A stretch of 64,000 bases of DNA from a virus, in the IMG/VR virus record IMGVR_UViG_3300027847_001705. One strand, given 5' to 3'. Each line of letters begins with the position of its first letter. The stretch's first letter is position 1. The position numbers and the translations under genes were made by a program. Below, piece after piece: positions 27,910 through 37,987 of this stretch. Under the pieces are notes generated by a model that saw nothing but the letters and a program-made list of their open reading frames with translations, ran no database searches and was not told the origin of the DNA.

Positions 27910-29311
27910 ATTGAAAATTCCCGAAATCAGCTTTATTTCTGTGTCTATTATCGGTGGAGATATCAAACAATGGTTCATCATCTTGTCCGCTGTCCGATAT
28001 ATCTTCTTGAGCTTTTTGGTCGACATCATAAAGTCTCATTTTACTTCTATCTACTCCAATAATAAACTTTCTATAAGATGTAGGATCATTATATCTGTTT
28101 TTCAATTGTTTTACAAGCATTTGATTTAATTCTTCCATTTCTTCAGAAGATATAAGTGCGAACATAAAGTCAGCGGTTGCTGGTAAACCAAAACTCTCAG
28201 ATGTATCTTCTAAACCAATATCTGTACTTGTAAACCCTGATCTGGTTGTTTGTGTTGCAGACATAATCGGAACATTATATTCTACAGCTAAGCCCCTTAA
28301 TTCTTCAGCAATAGATTTAATATATGTGTATGAATTAACATTGGCTCCTGCCTTTATTCTAGAAGATGTACAAATGTTTAAATAATCTATGAATATTATA
28401 TCGGGAACAAAATTACGTTTCAAGTTTAATTCACCTAATAAATTTTTAAAATGCATTGCGCCGGCAGATGCAGTAGGATATTCTTTAATAATTATTTTAC
28501 CATTGGTTTTTCCTTTGAGTTTATCTATTTTCTTTTTATACATATCTCTAGGAATTTCTTCTAATTGACTCATAGGAATATCTAAAAGATTCGCATCAAT
28601 TCTTTCAGCGATCCTTTCTTCCGCCATCTCCATGGTGATGTAAAGAACATTTTTATTAATAGAAAGACAACTAGCGGCTTGATGACACATGAATAAAGAT
28701 TTACCAACTCCAGTTCCTGCTAAACAAATATTTAAAGTCTTCTTAGGTAAACCCCCTTTTGTAATTTTATTAAACAACTCGAGATCGAATTCAAGTTTTT
28801 CTTCTACTCTATGATAAAAATCAAATCTTTTGTCCGCGTCGTCAATAAAATCGTGTCCTACATGAGGATCAAAAGAAACAGCTAAAGCTTCTGATAAAAC
28901 GGTGGGAATTGCTCCTTTAGATAAATGAGTCTTTTCATTACCTTCAAGAATTGCGATAGCATTCACTACAGCATTATATATTGCTTTATCTTGACAAAAT
29001 GTTTCTGATTGTTCTAAAAGCCAGGGTGTGATGTCTTTAGAATCACTAGGCTTTTCTAAAGTATTAATTATTTCACTAGATTTAGTATATTCTGATTCAT
29101 GTATACCATCTAATTGATCTAAATCTATTAATAAACTTTGTTTGGTTGGTAGGTCATTATGCTTTAAAATATATTCTTGAATTAATTTGAAAACTATTTT
29201 TTCCGGAGGATCTTCAAAATATTCAGATTTTACGTAAGGAACAACTTTCCTCGTAAAATTTTCATTATGTATTAAATGTGATAGTATCAGCTGTTCTATC
29301 CGTGGCATCAT
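27902..29311 (-). CDS. 41: Replicative DNA helicase (T4 gp41)
   Basis: AGTGVGKS Walker A, ITMEMAEE, IIIKEYPT, IDYLNI, SATQTTR, SESFGLPATAD, QLKNRY. Confidence 0.96.
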   Translation of the reverse strand: MMPRIEQLILSHLIHNENFTRKVVPYVKSEYFEDPPEKIVFKLIQEYILKHNDLPTKQSLLIDLDQLDGIHESEYTKSSEIINTLEKPSDSKDITPWLLEQSETFCQDKAIYNAVVNAIAILEGNEKTHLSKGAIPTVLSEALAVSFDPHVGHDFIDDADKRFDFYHRVEEKLEFDLELFNKITKGGLPKKTLNICLAGTGVGKSLFMCHQAASCLSINKNVLYITMEMAEERIAERIDANLLDIPMSQLEEIPRDMYKKKIDKLKGKTNGKIIIKEYPTASAGAMHFKNLLGELNLKRNFVPDIIFIDYLNICTSSRIKAGANVNSYTYIKSIAEELRGLAVEYNVPIMSATQTTRSGFTSTDIGLEDTSESFGLPATADFMFALISSEEMEELNQMLVKQLKNRYNDPTSYRKFIIGVDRSKMRLYDVDQKAQEDISDSGQDDEPLFDISTDNRHRNKADFGNFQYE

Positions 29312-29660
29312 TTGTTTTTACTCCTTCCTTTTCACTCTCTTCTTTATATCTGTCCCATAATAATTTAACTAAAATTTCTCCAATCATATATTCAAATTCT
29401 ACACCTTCTTCATCAGAATGTTCTACTCCCTGTAATTCTGGTGGAACAAGAATAACATCGTATTCATATTTCGCATTACTTTCTCCCATTTCATCCGGTG
29501 GAGCAACTTGAAACTTACCATATTTTATAACAGTTCCTTTAAAAGGGCCCGTGTTTAATTCAACACACATTTGAGAAACATCTTCGATATGTTCCGGATG
29601 AGGAACTAAATTAAAATAACTATTAATTCTATCGTAATCTTTTTTTGTTAATTCATTCAT
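29265..29660 (-). CDS. Hypothetical protein upstream of gene 41
   Basis: 131-aa ORF. Confidence 0.55.
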   Translation of the reverse strand: MNELTKKDYDRINSYFNLVPHPEHIEDVSQMCVELNTGPFKGTVIKYGKFQVAPPDEMGESNAKYEYDVILVPPELQGVEHSDEEGVEFEYMIGEILVKLLWDRYKEESEKEGVKTNDATDRTADTITFNT

Positions 29661-29665
29661 TCTTT

Positions 29666-29875
29666 TTACCAGCCCGTTATCTCTGTTCGATTATCTTCTA
29701 GAGGAATCCATTGCATTGTTTCTTCTTCGCCAGTCCACCTAGCAGATACTATTGGATAAGTTCCCCAGGCTCTTTCCACAGCAGCTTCTCCCCCTCGACA
29801 TATTTTTTTTGTTCCATCTTCAAACGTTAATTCCACTACTTTAACTTTCTCTATTATCATATTATCAGTCGACAT
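29666..29875 (-). CDS. Hypothetical protein
   Basis: 69-aa ORF. Confidence 0.45.
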   Translation of the reverse strand: MSTDNMIIEKVKVVELTFEDGTKKICRGGEAAVERAWGTYPIVSARWTGEEETMQWIPLEDNRTEITGW

Positions 29876-30191
29876 GTTGTTCTATTCCATGTTGATCTAA
29901 CAAATCATGCATTCGTTGATGTTCGTCCGCCGTGTATTTGTAAAAAAGTACTCCGGTAACAAAACTTCCGATAACAATCCCTTGGACAAATCTATAAATT
30001 GTTTTTCTATTTTTGGCTTTTGTGTCTTCTTCCATTGATTTACCACGTTTATAACCATCATAAAATTTATAAAGGCCATAAGCAACAACAAATCCTCCTA
30101 TAATCCAACTTATAGGATGGTTAACGGTGGCGACAAAACTGCCGCCAAATAGTACGGCAATAAAACCACTAATCCAGCATATAGGACACAT
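29865..30191 (-). CDS. Membrane protein with N-terminal CxxC
   Basis: MCPICW followed by hydrophobic segments. Confidence 0.55.
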   Translation of the reverse strand: MCPICWISGFIAVLFGGSFVATVNHPISWIIGGFVVAYGLYKFYDGYKRGKSMEEDTKAKNRKTIYRFVQGIVIGSFVTGVLFYKYTADEHQRMHDLLDQHGIEQHVD

Positions 30192-30201
30192 ATGTATACT
30201 C

Positions 30202-31272
30202 CTATCTTGCCTCTTTGGGTGCTGATTCTTCTTCTACAGCCAATTCTTCTATTTCCATTTCACCATATAAAAATTCTTTCCCAGCTGCAACGTCTAACTT
30301 GTCTAAAATTTCTTTAGTAAAATACTTGGTAGGATTTTTAAGCATGGTTTTTAGAAAAACCTTTTCTCCATCAGGCATTTCTAATCTGGTAGAAACTTTT
30401 TTAAAGATTCCATACTTCTCTGCTAATTCTGCTAATCCATAATATCTATTCAATCCTTCTTTAAAGGTAAGAAGAACATCTACCATTTTATGTTCTTTTG
30501 TGAGCCTAGATTTATAAGTTCTACAATGAACTATATTACCAATTACTTCAGTACCATCCTTTTCTTTCTTTTTAGATAGAAATACGATACTAGATGCGGC
30601 ATAATGTAAGCCTGTTCCTCCACCCATAATTTTTTGAGGAAATAATGTTCCTATTTGATCGTATGTGTGATTAGTAACAACAAGAGGTACTTTAGCTTTA
30701 CCACCTAATAAAGTTAAAACCCTAAATGTGCCTTTAACCATTTGTGCTCTGGTCATATCCCTGGTCTCTTTACCGTCACTAACATCTTCCATTTCTTTAG
30801 TAGTAGAAAGATTACCTAATGAATCTAAACATATCATCATTGGCGGACGAGACTTGATGGGTTCTTCTAAATGTTTTTCTAGAATTTTAGTTGCTTGTGT
30901 TCTGAATTCTTGAACCGTAGCAACAGGTAGGATAATCATTCGTTTAGAATCGATTCCTCTTGATTCTATCATATCTTTGGTTATGGCAGATTCACTTTCA
31001 AAATATATAACTCCACCAGTAGGATTATCTACGAGAAATTGTCTGACACAACCTAAAACGAAAAAAGTTTTGCCTGTTGAACTTTCTCCGGCAAATGCTG
31101 TAATTTTATTAGATGGTAATCCACCATAGATGCTACCAGACAATTGAGCATTTAAAATATACGATCCGGTATCAATAAAACTTTCTACATCGCCTGCTTC
31201 AACACCATCACTTACTACTGCGCCATATTCATTATTAGCTACTTGTAGCATTTCTCCAAAATAATCACTCAT
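30202..31272 (-). CDS. uvsX: RecA-like recombinase
   Basis: [37 protein letters not shown] motifs. Confidence 0.95.
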   Translation of the reverse strand: MSDYFGEMLQVANNEYGAVVSDGVEAGDVESFIDTGSYILNAQLSGSIYGGLPSNKITAFAGESSTGKTFFVLGCVRQFLVDNPTGGVIYFESESAITKDMIESRGIDSKRMIILPVATVQEFRTQATKILEKHLEEPIKSRPPMMICLDSLGNLSTTKEMEDVSDGKETRDMTRAQMVKGTFRVLTLLGGKAKVPLVVTNHTYDQIGTLFPQKIMGGGTGLHYAASSIVFLSKKKEKDGTEVIGNIVHCRTYKSRLTKEHKMVDVLLTFKEGLNRYYGLAELAEKYGIFKKVSTRLEMPDGEKVFLKTMLKNPTKYFTKEILDKLDVAAGKEFLYGEMEIEELAVEEESAPKEAR

Positions 31273-31304
31273 AAAACCTTTTTCAATTAATCATTATATT
31301 TTTC

Positions 31305-31338
31305 AAAAAAAGGGGGGCAATATTCGGCTCCCCCTTTT
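31305..31338 (-). terminator. Intrinsic terminator
   Basis: G-rich/C-rich stem (GGGGG...CCCCCC) followed by a T run on the minus strand. Confidence 0.8.
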
Positions 31339-31347
31339 GCATGCAAA

Positions 31348-31433
31348 GTGGCGCACACCTAAGCCCAACGCCGAAGCAGGGACAGCAGGATGGCTACGCC
31401 TCGGGGTTTAACCCAAGTCTGCCGATGCGCCAC
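31348..31433 (-). ncRNA. Candidate structured RNA, family unknown
   Basis: 8-bp closing stem GUGGCGCA/UGCGCCAC, GGCAG/CUGCU stem, inner hairpin and C(UUCG)G tetraloop; GC-rich in AT-rich context. Confidence 0.55.
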
Positions 31434-31442
31434 AATTTCTAG

Positions 31443-31664
31443 TTATGACTTGGAATAAATTCCCCAGAGTACCCATATCGCAATTAAACCGACAAAACCT
31501 TCTTGTCCTAATTGTTTTACAAGTGCTACAACAGAACCCACGATATCAATTCCGATAAACGGTAAAGCTGCACCAAAAATAATCTGAAGAACTACGCCAA
31601 GAGCAATAACTGCTAAACCAAGTTCAGTGATGGAACGAATCCATCCAAGTACTTTATCTACCAT
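31443..31664 (-). CDS. Small membrane protein (73 aa)
   Basis: Two or three hydrophobic helices, AAGGAG SD, own transcription unit. Confidence 0.75.
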   Translation of the reverse strand: MVDKVLGWIRSITELGLAVIALGVVLQIIFGAALPFIGIDIVGSVVALVKQLGQEGFVGLIAIWVLWGIYSKS

Positions 31665-31771
31665 ATATTGTTCTCCTTTTATTTTATATTATTCTCTCAC
31701 CACGGTTAAACATAATTTCTGGTAACTCAGCTCATTCCGAACTACCTTACTATGCATATTTATCAAATTCT

Positions 31772-34276
31772 CTATACTAAAAAAGCTTCTAGAGAACTTG
31801 TTTTTTCAGGAGACCATCCAATGACTTTTAATATTTCATTCAAGGGTCCCCTAAAAGACTTTTCAAATTGTTTATCATAATCAATATAATCATGAAGCCC
31901 GAACTCTTCAGGCAAGCCTTCCATCATGGCTATGACACCATCTCTAATAGGATTAGGCTGTTTCAAATAAATAAATTTAATCTTTTCCCCCTCTTGAATA
32001 AGAGGATACTTATTTTGCAATTTATTTTGTTTCAGAAAATGATTATACAAGCGTGTTGCTTTTACATGAACGGGTGTTCCTTTAGCATACAATTTTGTAC
32101 CACCATTATATTTTTCAATTCCCTTAACTGATCTGGGGAATGCAATATTTTCAATAGGTTCTTTTTCGAACTGTTCTCTAAAATCTGCAATGAACTTCTG
32201 TATAGCTTCTTCATCGTGATTGATGATAATATCAAAAGACTTTTTTAATTTATCTCTACAAGATGTGGGAGTTGATGATTTGACAGATTCAATTCCCATA
32301 ACCTTGATTCGTGGGTTCGCATATCTAACTCCTTCGTTATCATGAACATTAAGAATATAATGTTTCTTTCCCGTCCAAATACCTTTATCAGCAATACACT
32401 CTCTTTTCATAAACATCTTCTGACCGTAAGCATTCATATAGCTTGCAAGTTCTGAATATCCGCTATCAATTACTCCTTGAAGTTTTTCCTCACATACTTT
32501 ATCTAAAAAATTTATTACTTTAGTTGTATCCGGATTTTCAGGAAATACTTTTTGAACTAATGCATCTAATGTAATATAGAGGGAATCAGTGTCTGATGCC
32601 AATACATAATCAACCTCTTCTGTTTCTAAAATTTTGTTGAGATAATTATTGACCACAGTTTCTGCCCAGCGAATACTGAGCTGTCCTCCCAATGTAATAG
32701 CTTCTGATATTCTCAAATCAAAAAATCTAAAATACGGATTTCCAAAAGCACCGTAAACACTATTAAGCATTAATTTCATAGCGGTTTGTTTATTACCAAA
32801 TGAATCTGCTTCCTTTTTTAATTTTTCTATCTCGATTGGATCTTTTTCTTTTTCTAATTTTTTCTTAGCCGCGATTTCCTTCTTTTTAAAGATAACTCTA
32901 TTATCATATTTTTCCTGCATTATTCTTGGTAAGAATCCTTGTTCATCTTTTTTGAACCCTTGTCCGTTAGGAGCAATGATAATATCTTTATCATAATATT
33001 TGTTTAAATCAACTTGCTTATTTAATAAAGAATCAACCCGACATGTCTCTGTAACGCCCGTTAAAATAGTATCAGGGCTAACATTGTATTGCATAATTAA
33101 ATGAGGATATAGACTATTTAAATCAAAGCTGACAACCCAATTATGTAGGCCCGCTTGTACTTCTTTTACATATGCTCCAACATATGCGGCATTTTTTATA
33201 TTATCTTTCTTGGGTGGAACTATTATATTTCTATTCATTAAATCATTCGCAAGAATAACTTCCCACATCATCACCATTCCAAATGTGTCTTGATAGTTTA
33301 CCTTTGCTTCATATGCCAAAGCAACCACCATTTCTATCAATTTTTTCTTTTCCTCTAATCGTTCTACGAGCTGCGCATCTTTAATATTATAATCGATAAA
33401 CAGCTGAAAATTTTCTTTATATAATGTATAAAGATTTCCATATTCCTCAAACGATAATTTTCTTTCTCCTAATTCAATAGAAGCAATATAATCTAACCTA
33501 TAACTTTCCGCTGGAGGAGAATTCCTTCTATAAACATCAATATAATCAATAACAGCAATGCCGATGAGATCATGAAAGATTGTTTCTCTGCCTCTAAAAT
33601 TTGTTGTTCTTTCATTAACTATTCTCCATGGAGATAATCTCTTAACATTCTTTTTATCAAATAATCTAGAAATCCTATTAACTAAATATGGGATATCAAA
33701 GCCTTGAATATTCCACCCTGTAATAATATCAGGTGCCAACTTTTCCCAAAAAGAAAGAAATTCTTGAACTAAATGATTTTCATCGGCGCAGTGAAAATAT
33801 TCAACATCTGGATTAGTATTATTATATTCACCACATCCAAATACAAAATATTTTCCTTTTGCTCCAACAGTAACTGCTTGTATTTCTTCTGAGGCAGAAA
33901 TTGGATCCGGAAAACCATGTTCTGAACCAACCTCAATATCAATACTCGCAACTATGAGTTGTGAAAAATCATAATCAATACCTTTGTCTTTGGGAAACTC
34001 TTCGTAAATATAATTATATCTCCAAGCAGTCATTCCATAAATCTGAAAATTTTCTACTCCATCATATTTTCGAATAAATTCTCTTGTTTCTTTAATTGTA
34101 CCGGGCTTAATAGGAGATAATGATTTTCCATCAATAGTTGAATATTTTGATTTTTCGTTGGAAGGAATAAAAACTGTGGGGTGATATTCAATGCGATCAT
34201 CAAAACGTTGGCCGTTTTCATAACCCCTAACTAAAACATGATCACCGATTTGGTGTACGTTTGTATAAAATTTCAT
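31772..34276 (-). CDS. 43: Family B DNA polymerase (T4 gp43)
   Basis: DIEV and YNI.D exonuclease motifs; SFDLNSLYP, KLMLNSVYG, SDTDS polymerase motifs. Confidence 0.97.
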   Translation of the reverse strand: MKFYTNVHQIGDHVLVRGYENGQRFDDRIEYHPTVFIPSNEKSKYSTIDGKSLSPIKPGTIKETREFIRKYDGVENFQIYGMTAWRYNYIYEEFPKDKGIDYDFSQLIVASIDIEVGSEHGFPDPISASEEIQAVTVGAKGKYFVFGCGEYNNTNPDVEYFHCADENHLVQEFLSFWEKLAPDIITGWNIQGFDIPYLVNRISRLFDKKNVKRLSPWRIVNERTTNFRGRETIFHDLIGIAVIDYIDVYRRNSPPAESYRLDYIASIELGERKLSFEEYGNLYTLYKENFQLFIDYNIKDAQLVERLEEKKKLIEMVVALAYEAKVNYQDTFGMVMMWEVILANDLMNRNIIVPPKKDNIKNAAYVGAYVKEVQAGLHNWVVSFDLNSLYPHLIMQYNVSPDTILTGVTETCRVDSLLNKQVDLNKYYDKDIIIAPNGQGFKKDEQGFLPRIMQEKYDNRVIFKKKEIAAKKKLEKEKDPIEIEKLKKEADSFGNKQTAMKLMLNSVYGAFGNPYFRFFDLRISEAITLGGQLSIRWAETVVNNYLNKILETEEVDYVLASDTDSLYITLDALVQKVFPENPDTTKVINFLDKVCEEKLQGVIDSGYSELASYMNAYGQKMFMKRECIADKGIWTGKKHYILNVHDNEGVRYANPRIKVMGIESVKSSTPTSCRDKLKKSFDIIINHDEEAIQKFIADFREQFEKEPIENIAFPRSVKGIEKYNGGTKLYAKGTPVHVKATRLYNHFLKQNKLQNKYPLIQEGEKIKFIYLKQPNPIRDGVIAMMEGLPEEFGLHDYIDYDKQFEKSFRGPLNEILKVIGWSPEKTSSLEAFLV

Positions 34277-34433
34277 TTATCAAAATAATTATATTCCACT
34301 TTGTGTCCATAAGATTTTAATTTCTTATAACACCATAATATATGATCATCAACCCAACTTCTTTTAGTCTTATATGCCCCAATTAAATATAGAAATTGGA
34401 GATATACCAAAAGAGGAAATATTAATAATCGGT

Positions 34434-34931
34434 TCATTGAATCAGCCCATTTTTATATACTGTTTTTCCTTTTACTCTCAGAGCTGTATTAATTTTTCCG
34501 CGATTCTGACCATTTGTTTTAAAAGAGCAGTGGACCCATCCGCTACTAGGTTGACCTTGAGTATAAAATTCTAAAATTAATTGATCAAATTCTAAATTTT
34601 CTTTAATCCAGCACGCTAATTTATAATTACCTATTCTGGAACTTTCAAAATCAGCTGCTTCTCCCCAACAATGTTGACTAGTTTTAGATCCGCCGACTGC
34701 CTTATTCAGAGCCAATCCTCTATAACCACTATTAACTCGAAGTGGTCCAACTTCATTTCTTACCGGTTGTAAAATATGATTTGCAACGTTAGTAAGGTTA
34801 ACTAAAATTTGTGCGGTATCAGGCATATTGGATATTCCCAATCTAGCCGCCGTTGAACTTTTCACAAGTTCGGGAAGAGTAAAATTTTGTGCTACTCTAA
34901 TATCTTCATCTGTATTTAATAAATCTATCAC
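34434..34931 (-). CDS. Peptidase M15A (D-Ala-D-Ala Zn peptidase; candidate endolysin)
   Basis: NSGYR, SQHCWGEAAD, WVHCS motifs; late promoter upstream. Confidence 0.88.
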   Translation of the reverse strand: MIDLLNTDEDIRVAQNFTLPELVKSSTAARLGISNMPDTAQILVNLTNVANHILQPVRNEVGPLRVNSGYRGLALNKAVGGSKTSQHCWGEAADFESSRIGNYKLACWIKENLEFDQLILEFYTQGQPSSGWVHCSFKTNGQNRGKINTALRVKGKTVYKNGLIQ

Positions 34932-34979
34932 TGTATAATCCTAAAAGAGGGTTTGTTATGACCACATTTCTATATAACA

Positions 34980-34987
34980 TATTTATA
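34980..34987 (-). promoter_or_regulatory. T4-type late promoter
   Basis: Intergenic TATAAATA upstream of the M15 peptidase. Confidence 0.7.
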
Positions 34988-35020
34988 ACGCCCCCTCCTG
35001 TATAATTTACGAAAAATAAA

Positions 35021-35464
35021 TTATTTAGTTACAATTGGGATCCGTCTAGATTTCTTATCCTCAGGAACAATTCTTTCTAAGGTGATAATTAACATTCCAC
35101 TGGTCATAACCGCGTCGTTAACTATCATATCATCAGTTAAAGTCCAAGATCTTTTAAATGAGCGCTTAGCAATACCTTGATGAATATAAGATTCATCGGT
35201 TTTCTCTGTTTCACTGCTGACAGTTAATACCCGATCCTCAACATGCACCATAATATCTTTTTCGCTGAGTCCTGCAACTGCTAACTCTATTATATAGTGT
35301 TCTCCATCTCTTTTCAAGTTATAAGGTGGATAACCAGAAGATTGGTTTTGTTGATTACACTCGAAAAGTCTATCAAACATTGTTTCAAATCCAACGGATA
35401 ATCCTAATGCTTGTTCAAATTGTTTGTGGGTGGGGAATACAGAAAGTGCGTTAGTCGTTAACAT
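35021..35464 (-). CDS. hsp20: Small heat shock protein
   Basis: YPPYN, IELAVAG, HQGIAKRSF, GMLII motifs; start set at the ATG after AAGGAGG. Confidence 0.93.
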   Translation of the reverse strand: MLTTNALSVFPTHKQFEQALGLSVGFETMFDRLFECNQQNQSSGYPPYNLKRDGEHYIIELAVAGLSEKDIMVHVEDRVLTVSSETEKTDESYIHQGIAKRSFKRSWTLTDDMIVNDAVMTSGMLIITLERIVPEDKKSRRIPIVTK

Positions 35465-35468
35465 ATGT

Positions 35469-35487
35469 CCTCCTTCTTTAAGCAAAG
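35469..35487 (-). promoter_or_regulatory. ROSE-like RNA thermometer hairpin over the hsp20 SD (candidate)
   Basis: CUUUGCU-UAAAGA-AGGAGG: UUGCU can pair with AGGA leaving a bulged G. Confidence 0.4.
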
Positions 35488-35556
35488 ACGTTTAGTAAAA
35501 CATTAAGAACCCTTACGCAAGCAATTCCTAATGATATGAAAAGAAAAGGTCAAGAA

Positions 35557-35751
35557 TTAATCTCTCCAACCTTCTCCGGCTATTAAATGCCCAAATCTGT
35601 GTTTGAGCACTATCCATATTAAATATAATATGGAATTGGCACTATACACTCCGACCTCGTCGAATTCAATAGTACCTTTTTCGGGATCAGTTAAAACTTC
35701 TTCGTATACTTCTAAGTCGTAACTGTGCCCTAAAACTTTAAATTTACTCAT
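35557..35751 (-). CDS. Conserved small T4-like hypothetical protein
   Basis: VLKHRF.HL..GEGWRD C-terminus. Confidence 0.55.
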   Translation of the reverse strand: MSKFKVLGHSYDLEVYEEVLTDPEKGTIEFDEVGVYSANSILYLIWIVLKHRFGHLIAGEGWRD

Positions 35752-36257
35752 TTGCCAGTACTCCCAAAACCACCTGTTCGGCTGGTTTTTTGTTTAGGAG
35801 GTGAGCTAATTTCTTCAATATTATATTGTTGTAATCTCACAAGTTCGCCCTGAGCAATTCTATCATTGTTATTTATAACAATTGATTGAACGTCTGATAA
35901 GTTTATTACAGGAATCATTAGCGGATCGATATAATCAAAATCGATCACTCCTTCACAATTAATAAAACTCATACCTTGTTTAATCGCTGTACCAGATCTT
36001 GGATGTATTCTTACTGAATATCCCGATGGAATATCTAAAATTATCCCTGTAGGAACTAGGACTCTTTGAAAAGGATGTATTACTATATTCTTATCATGTC
36101 TTTCAATAAATTTTTTCCTATCGTCATTCCAAAATTTACATCCTATTTCAGGAGTATAATATGCATGTATATCAAAACATGCGGAGCCTCGTGTTGAAAA
36201 TGTTGGAAGGGTTACGTCGGGATATAATTTATGAGCTTTCAGACTTAGTGTCGTCAT
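35748..36257 (-). CDS. dut: dUTPase (trimeric)
   Basis: SACFD, PRSG, GVIDFDY, RIAQ, RTGGFGSTG motifs. Confidence 0.95.
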   Translation of the reverse strand: MTTLSLKAHKLYPDVTLPTFSTRGSACFDIHAYYTPEIGCKFWNDDRKKFIERHDKNIVIHPFQRVLVPTGIILDIPSGYSVRIHPRSGTAIKQGMSFINCEGVIDFDYIDPLMIPVINLSDVQSIVINNNDRIAQGELVRLQQYNIEEISSPPKQKTSRTGGFGSTGK

Positions 36258-36657
36258 TTTTTTTATTACCTATATTATATTTCGCAACTAGTTCCCATTC
36301 ATCTTTTTTCTTAAAAGATATAATCTTTAATTGATTAATTGGAACTATGTTATCTTCATCGATTTCATCATTATTAACTTTTTGTACCAGATCCCATTCG
36401 GCTAATAAATTTACTATTGTATTTCGCCTCGCGGCGTCATTATCCGAAAAATTGGAAGGTTTACCGTCCAACATAAACAATTCTTTAAAATGTACAATAT
36501 AATATCTAGCTTGCTTATGAAGAATATGACAAGATTGATATAAAGTCTTATCCTTCTTAGATGCTACACCTATTCTCGTTAATGTTTCTTTTACTTTTAA
36601 AAAATCGTCGGGTTGCTTTAACTTAATTTCAACGAGAGAATCTATCTCTGCGCTCAT
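36229..36657 (-). CDS. regA: Translational repressor RegA
   Basis: DFLKVKETLTRIG, LYQSCHILHKQ, YIVHFKELF motifs. Confidence 0.97.
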   Translation of the reverse strand: MSAEIDSLVEIKLKQPDDFLKVKETLTRIGVASKKDKTLYQSCHILHKQARYYIVHFKELFMLDGKPSNFSDNDAARRNTIVNLLAEWDLVQKVNNDEIDEDNIVPINQLKIISFKKKDEWELVAKYNIGNKKNDDTKSESS

Positions 36658-37054
36658 TGTTCTCCTTCAAACCACCTGTAAATAATTCTTGCCTAAGAGT
36701 ATTCAGATCCTCATCACTGAAGATATCTACAACCTCTCTTGCTTTTTGAAGGCTGTATCCATAATATTCAACAATTAAATCTATGGCTTCATACTTCTCA
36801 GCTTTCAACCATCGACCAAATCTATTCTTGGGTCTGATAATATTTAGCAAATAGTGGTATTGAAGTTTATTATCCAGATGAGTTCTGGTATTCATTTCAT
36901 TGGCTTGAAGGATAGTATCGAAATTAAAGCTTAAAGATCGATTTACCAGAAACGCTTTATATTGTCCTTCTAATTGATTATCATAGTCGTCACTTAGTAT
37001 ATCTTTTTTCTTATAATTAATATCATTTACAAAATCAAACGGATTTATTGCCAT
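36629..37054 (-). CDS. 62: Clamp loader small subunit (gp62)
   Basis: NPFDF, FLVNRSLS, QYHYLLN, YYGYS; position between 44 and regA. Confidence 0.93.
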   Translation of the reverse strand: MAINPFDFVNDINYKKKDILSDDYDNQLEGQYKAFLVNRSLSFNFDTILQANEMNTRTHLDNKLQYHYLLNIIRPKNRFGRWLKAEKYEAIDLIVEYYGYSLQKAREVVDIFSDEDLNTLRQELFTGGLKENNERRDRFSR

Positions 37055-37983
37055 TGGCCTTCTATCATGATCTCAATTAAACATGCTGTAAGATTTATGT
37101 CTTGATCGGCAGCGAATGCACTCTTATATTGATAATCTGCCAATAAAAGAATTATTGGTGGTAATCCTGCTGGCGTCAAATGGTCATGCAAATTATCATA
37201 TAACTTTCTATATACTGTTCTAGCATCTGTATGACTTGTATCAACAACCCATTTACGAACCTTTGTAAAGTTCTTTTCCTTTAATGCATTAATAAGAGCG
37301 TTAAAATCAGAATCGGAAAGTAAACTAAGGATACCGCTATCAATACTTCCGCTGGTGCTATATCGTTGTAATTCATTTAGAGTTCTTCTAAAATCAGGAT
37401 AATATTTCATAATAAGTTCAACAATAACCTTTTCGTTGAACTTTACATTATTTTCATTAAGAATTACTTTAATCCTATCTAATAACTGCTGTGCTATTTT
37501 AGGAGATTCTTTTTTATCTACCTTAAATTCAACTACCGAACATCGAGAATGAATAGGATCGATAATTCTATTAAGATAATTACAAGTAAAAATGAAACTA
37601 CAGTTATCTGCAAATCTTTCAATAAATCCTCTCATTGCGGGCTGAGTAGATTGAGGATTTAAATAATCAGCTTCATCTATAATAACGACTTTACGACCAC
37701 CAATTAAAGAAACGCTACTACAATAATTTTCTAACTTAACTCTTAATAAATCAATACCGGATTCTTGAGAACCATTAATAACCAAATAGTCTAAGCCAAT
37801 CTCTTTACACATTGCTTTCGCAATTGTGGTTTTACCCATGCCGGGACCACCGCATAAAAGAAGATTTGGTATATTGCCTGTAGTCACATAAGATTCAAAC
37901 GGTTCTTTCAAATGATCTGGTAGAATACATTCCGATACTGTTTGAGGCCTATAAGCTTCAACCCATAATATATTTTTTGTCAT
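37045..37983 (-). CDS. 44: Clamp loader large subunit (gp44)
   Basis: WVEAYRP, GGPGMGKT, IIDEAD, FTCN, SRC motifs. Confidence 0.96.
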   Translation of the reverse strand: MTKNILWVEAYRPQTVSECILPDHLKEPFESYVTTGNIPNLLLCGGPGMGKTTIAKAMCKEIGLDYLVINGSQESGIDLLRVKLENYCSSVSLIGGRKVVIIDEADYLNPQSTQPAMRGFIERFADNCSFIFTCNYLNRIIDPIHSRCSVVEFKVDKKESPKIAQQLLDRIKVILNENNVKFNEKVIVELIMKYYPDFRRTLNELQRYSTSGSIDSGILSLLSDSDFNALINALKEKNFTKVRKWVVDTSHTDARTVYRKLYDNLHDHLTPAGLPPIILLLADYQYKSAFAADQDINLTACLIEIMIEGQWQ

Positions 37984-37987
37984 AATT

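Noticed and set aside
31348-31433. HDV-like/theta ribozyme or tRNA reading of the structured RNA
   Set aside because: The segment between candidate P2 and P4 is too long for the HDV nested pseudoknot; no T-loop, anticodon arm or CCA
10539-34276. Introns, inteins or homing endonucleases in nrdJ, gene 41, uvsX or gene 43
   Set aside because: All are uninterrupted and of ordinary length; no LAGLIDADG, HNH or GIY-YIG ORF recognised
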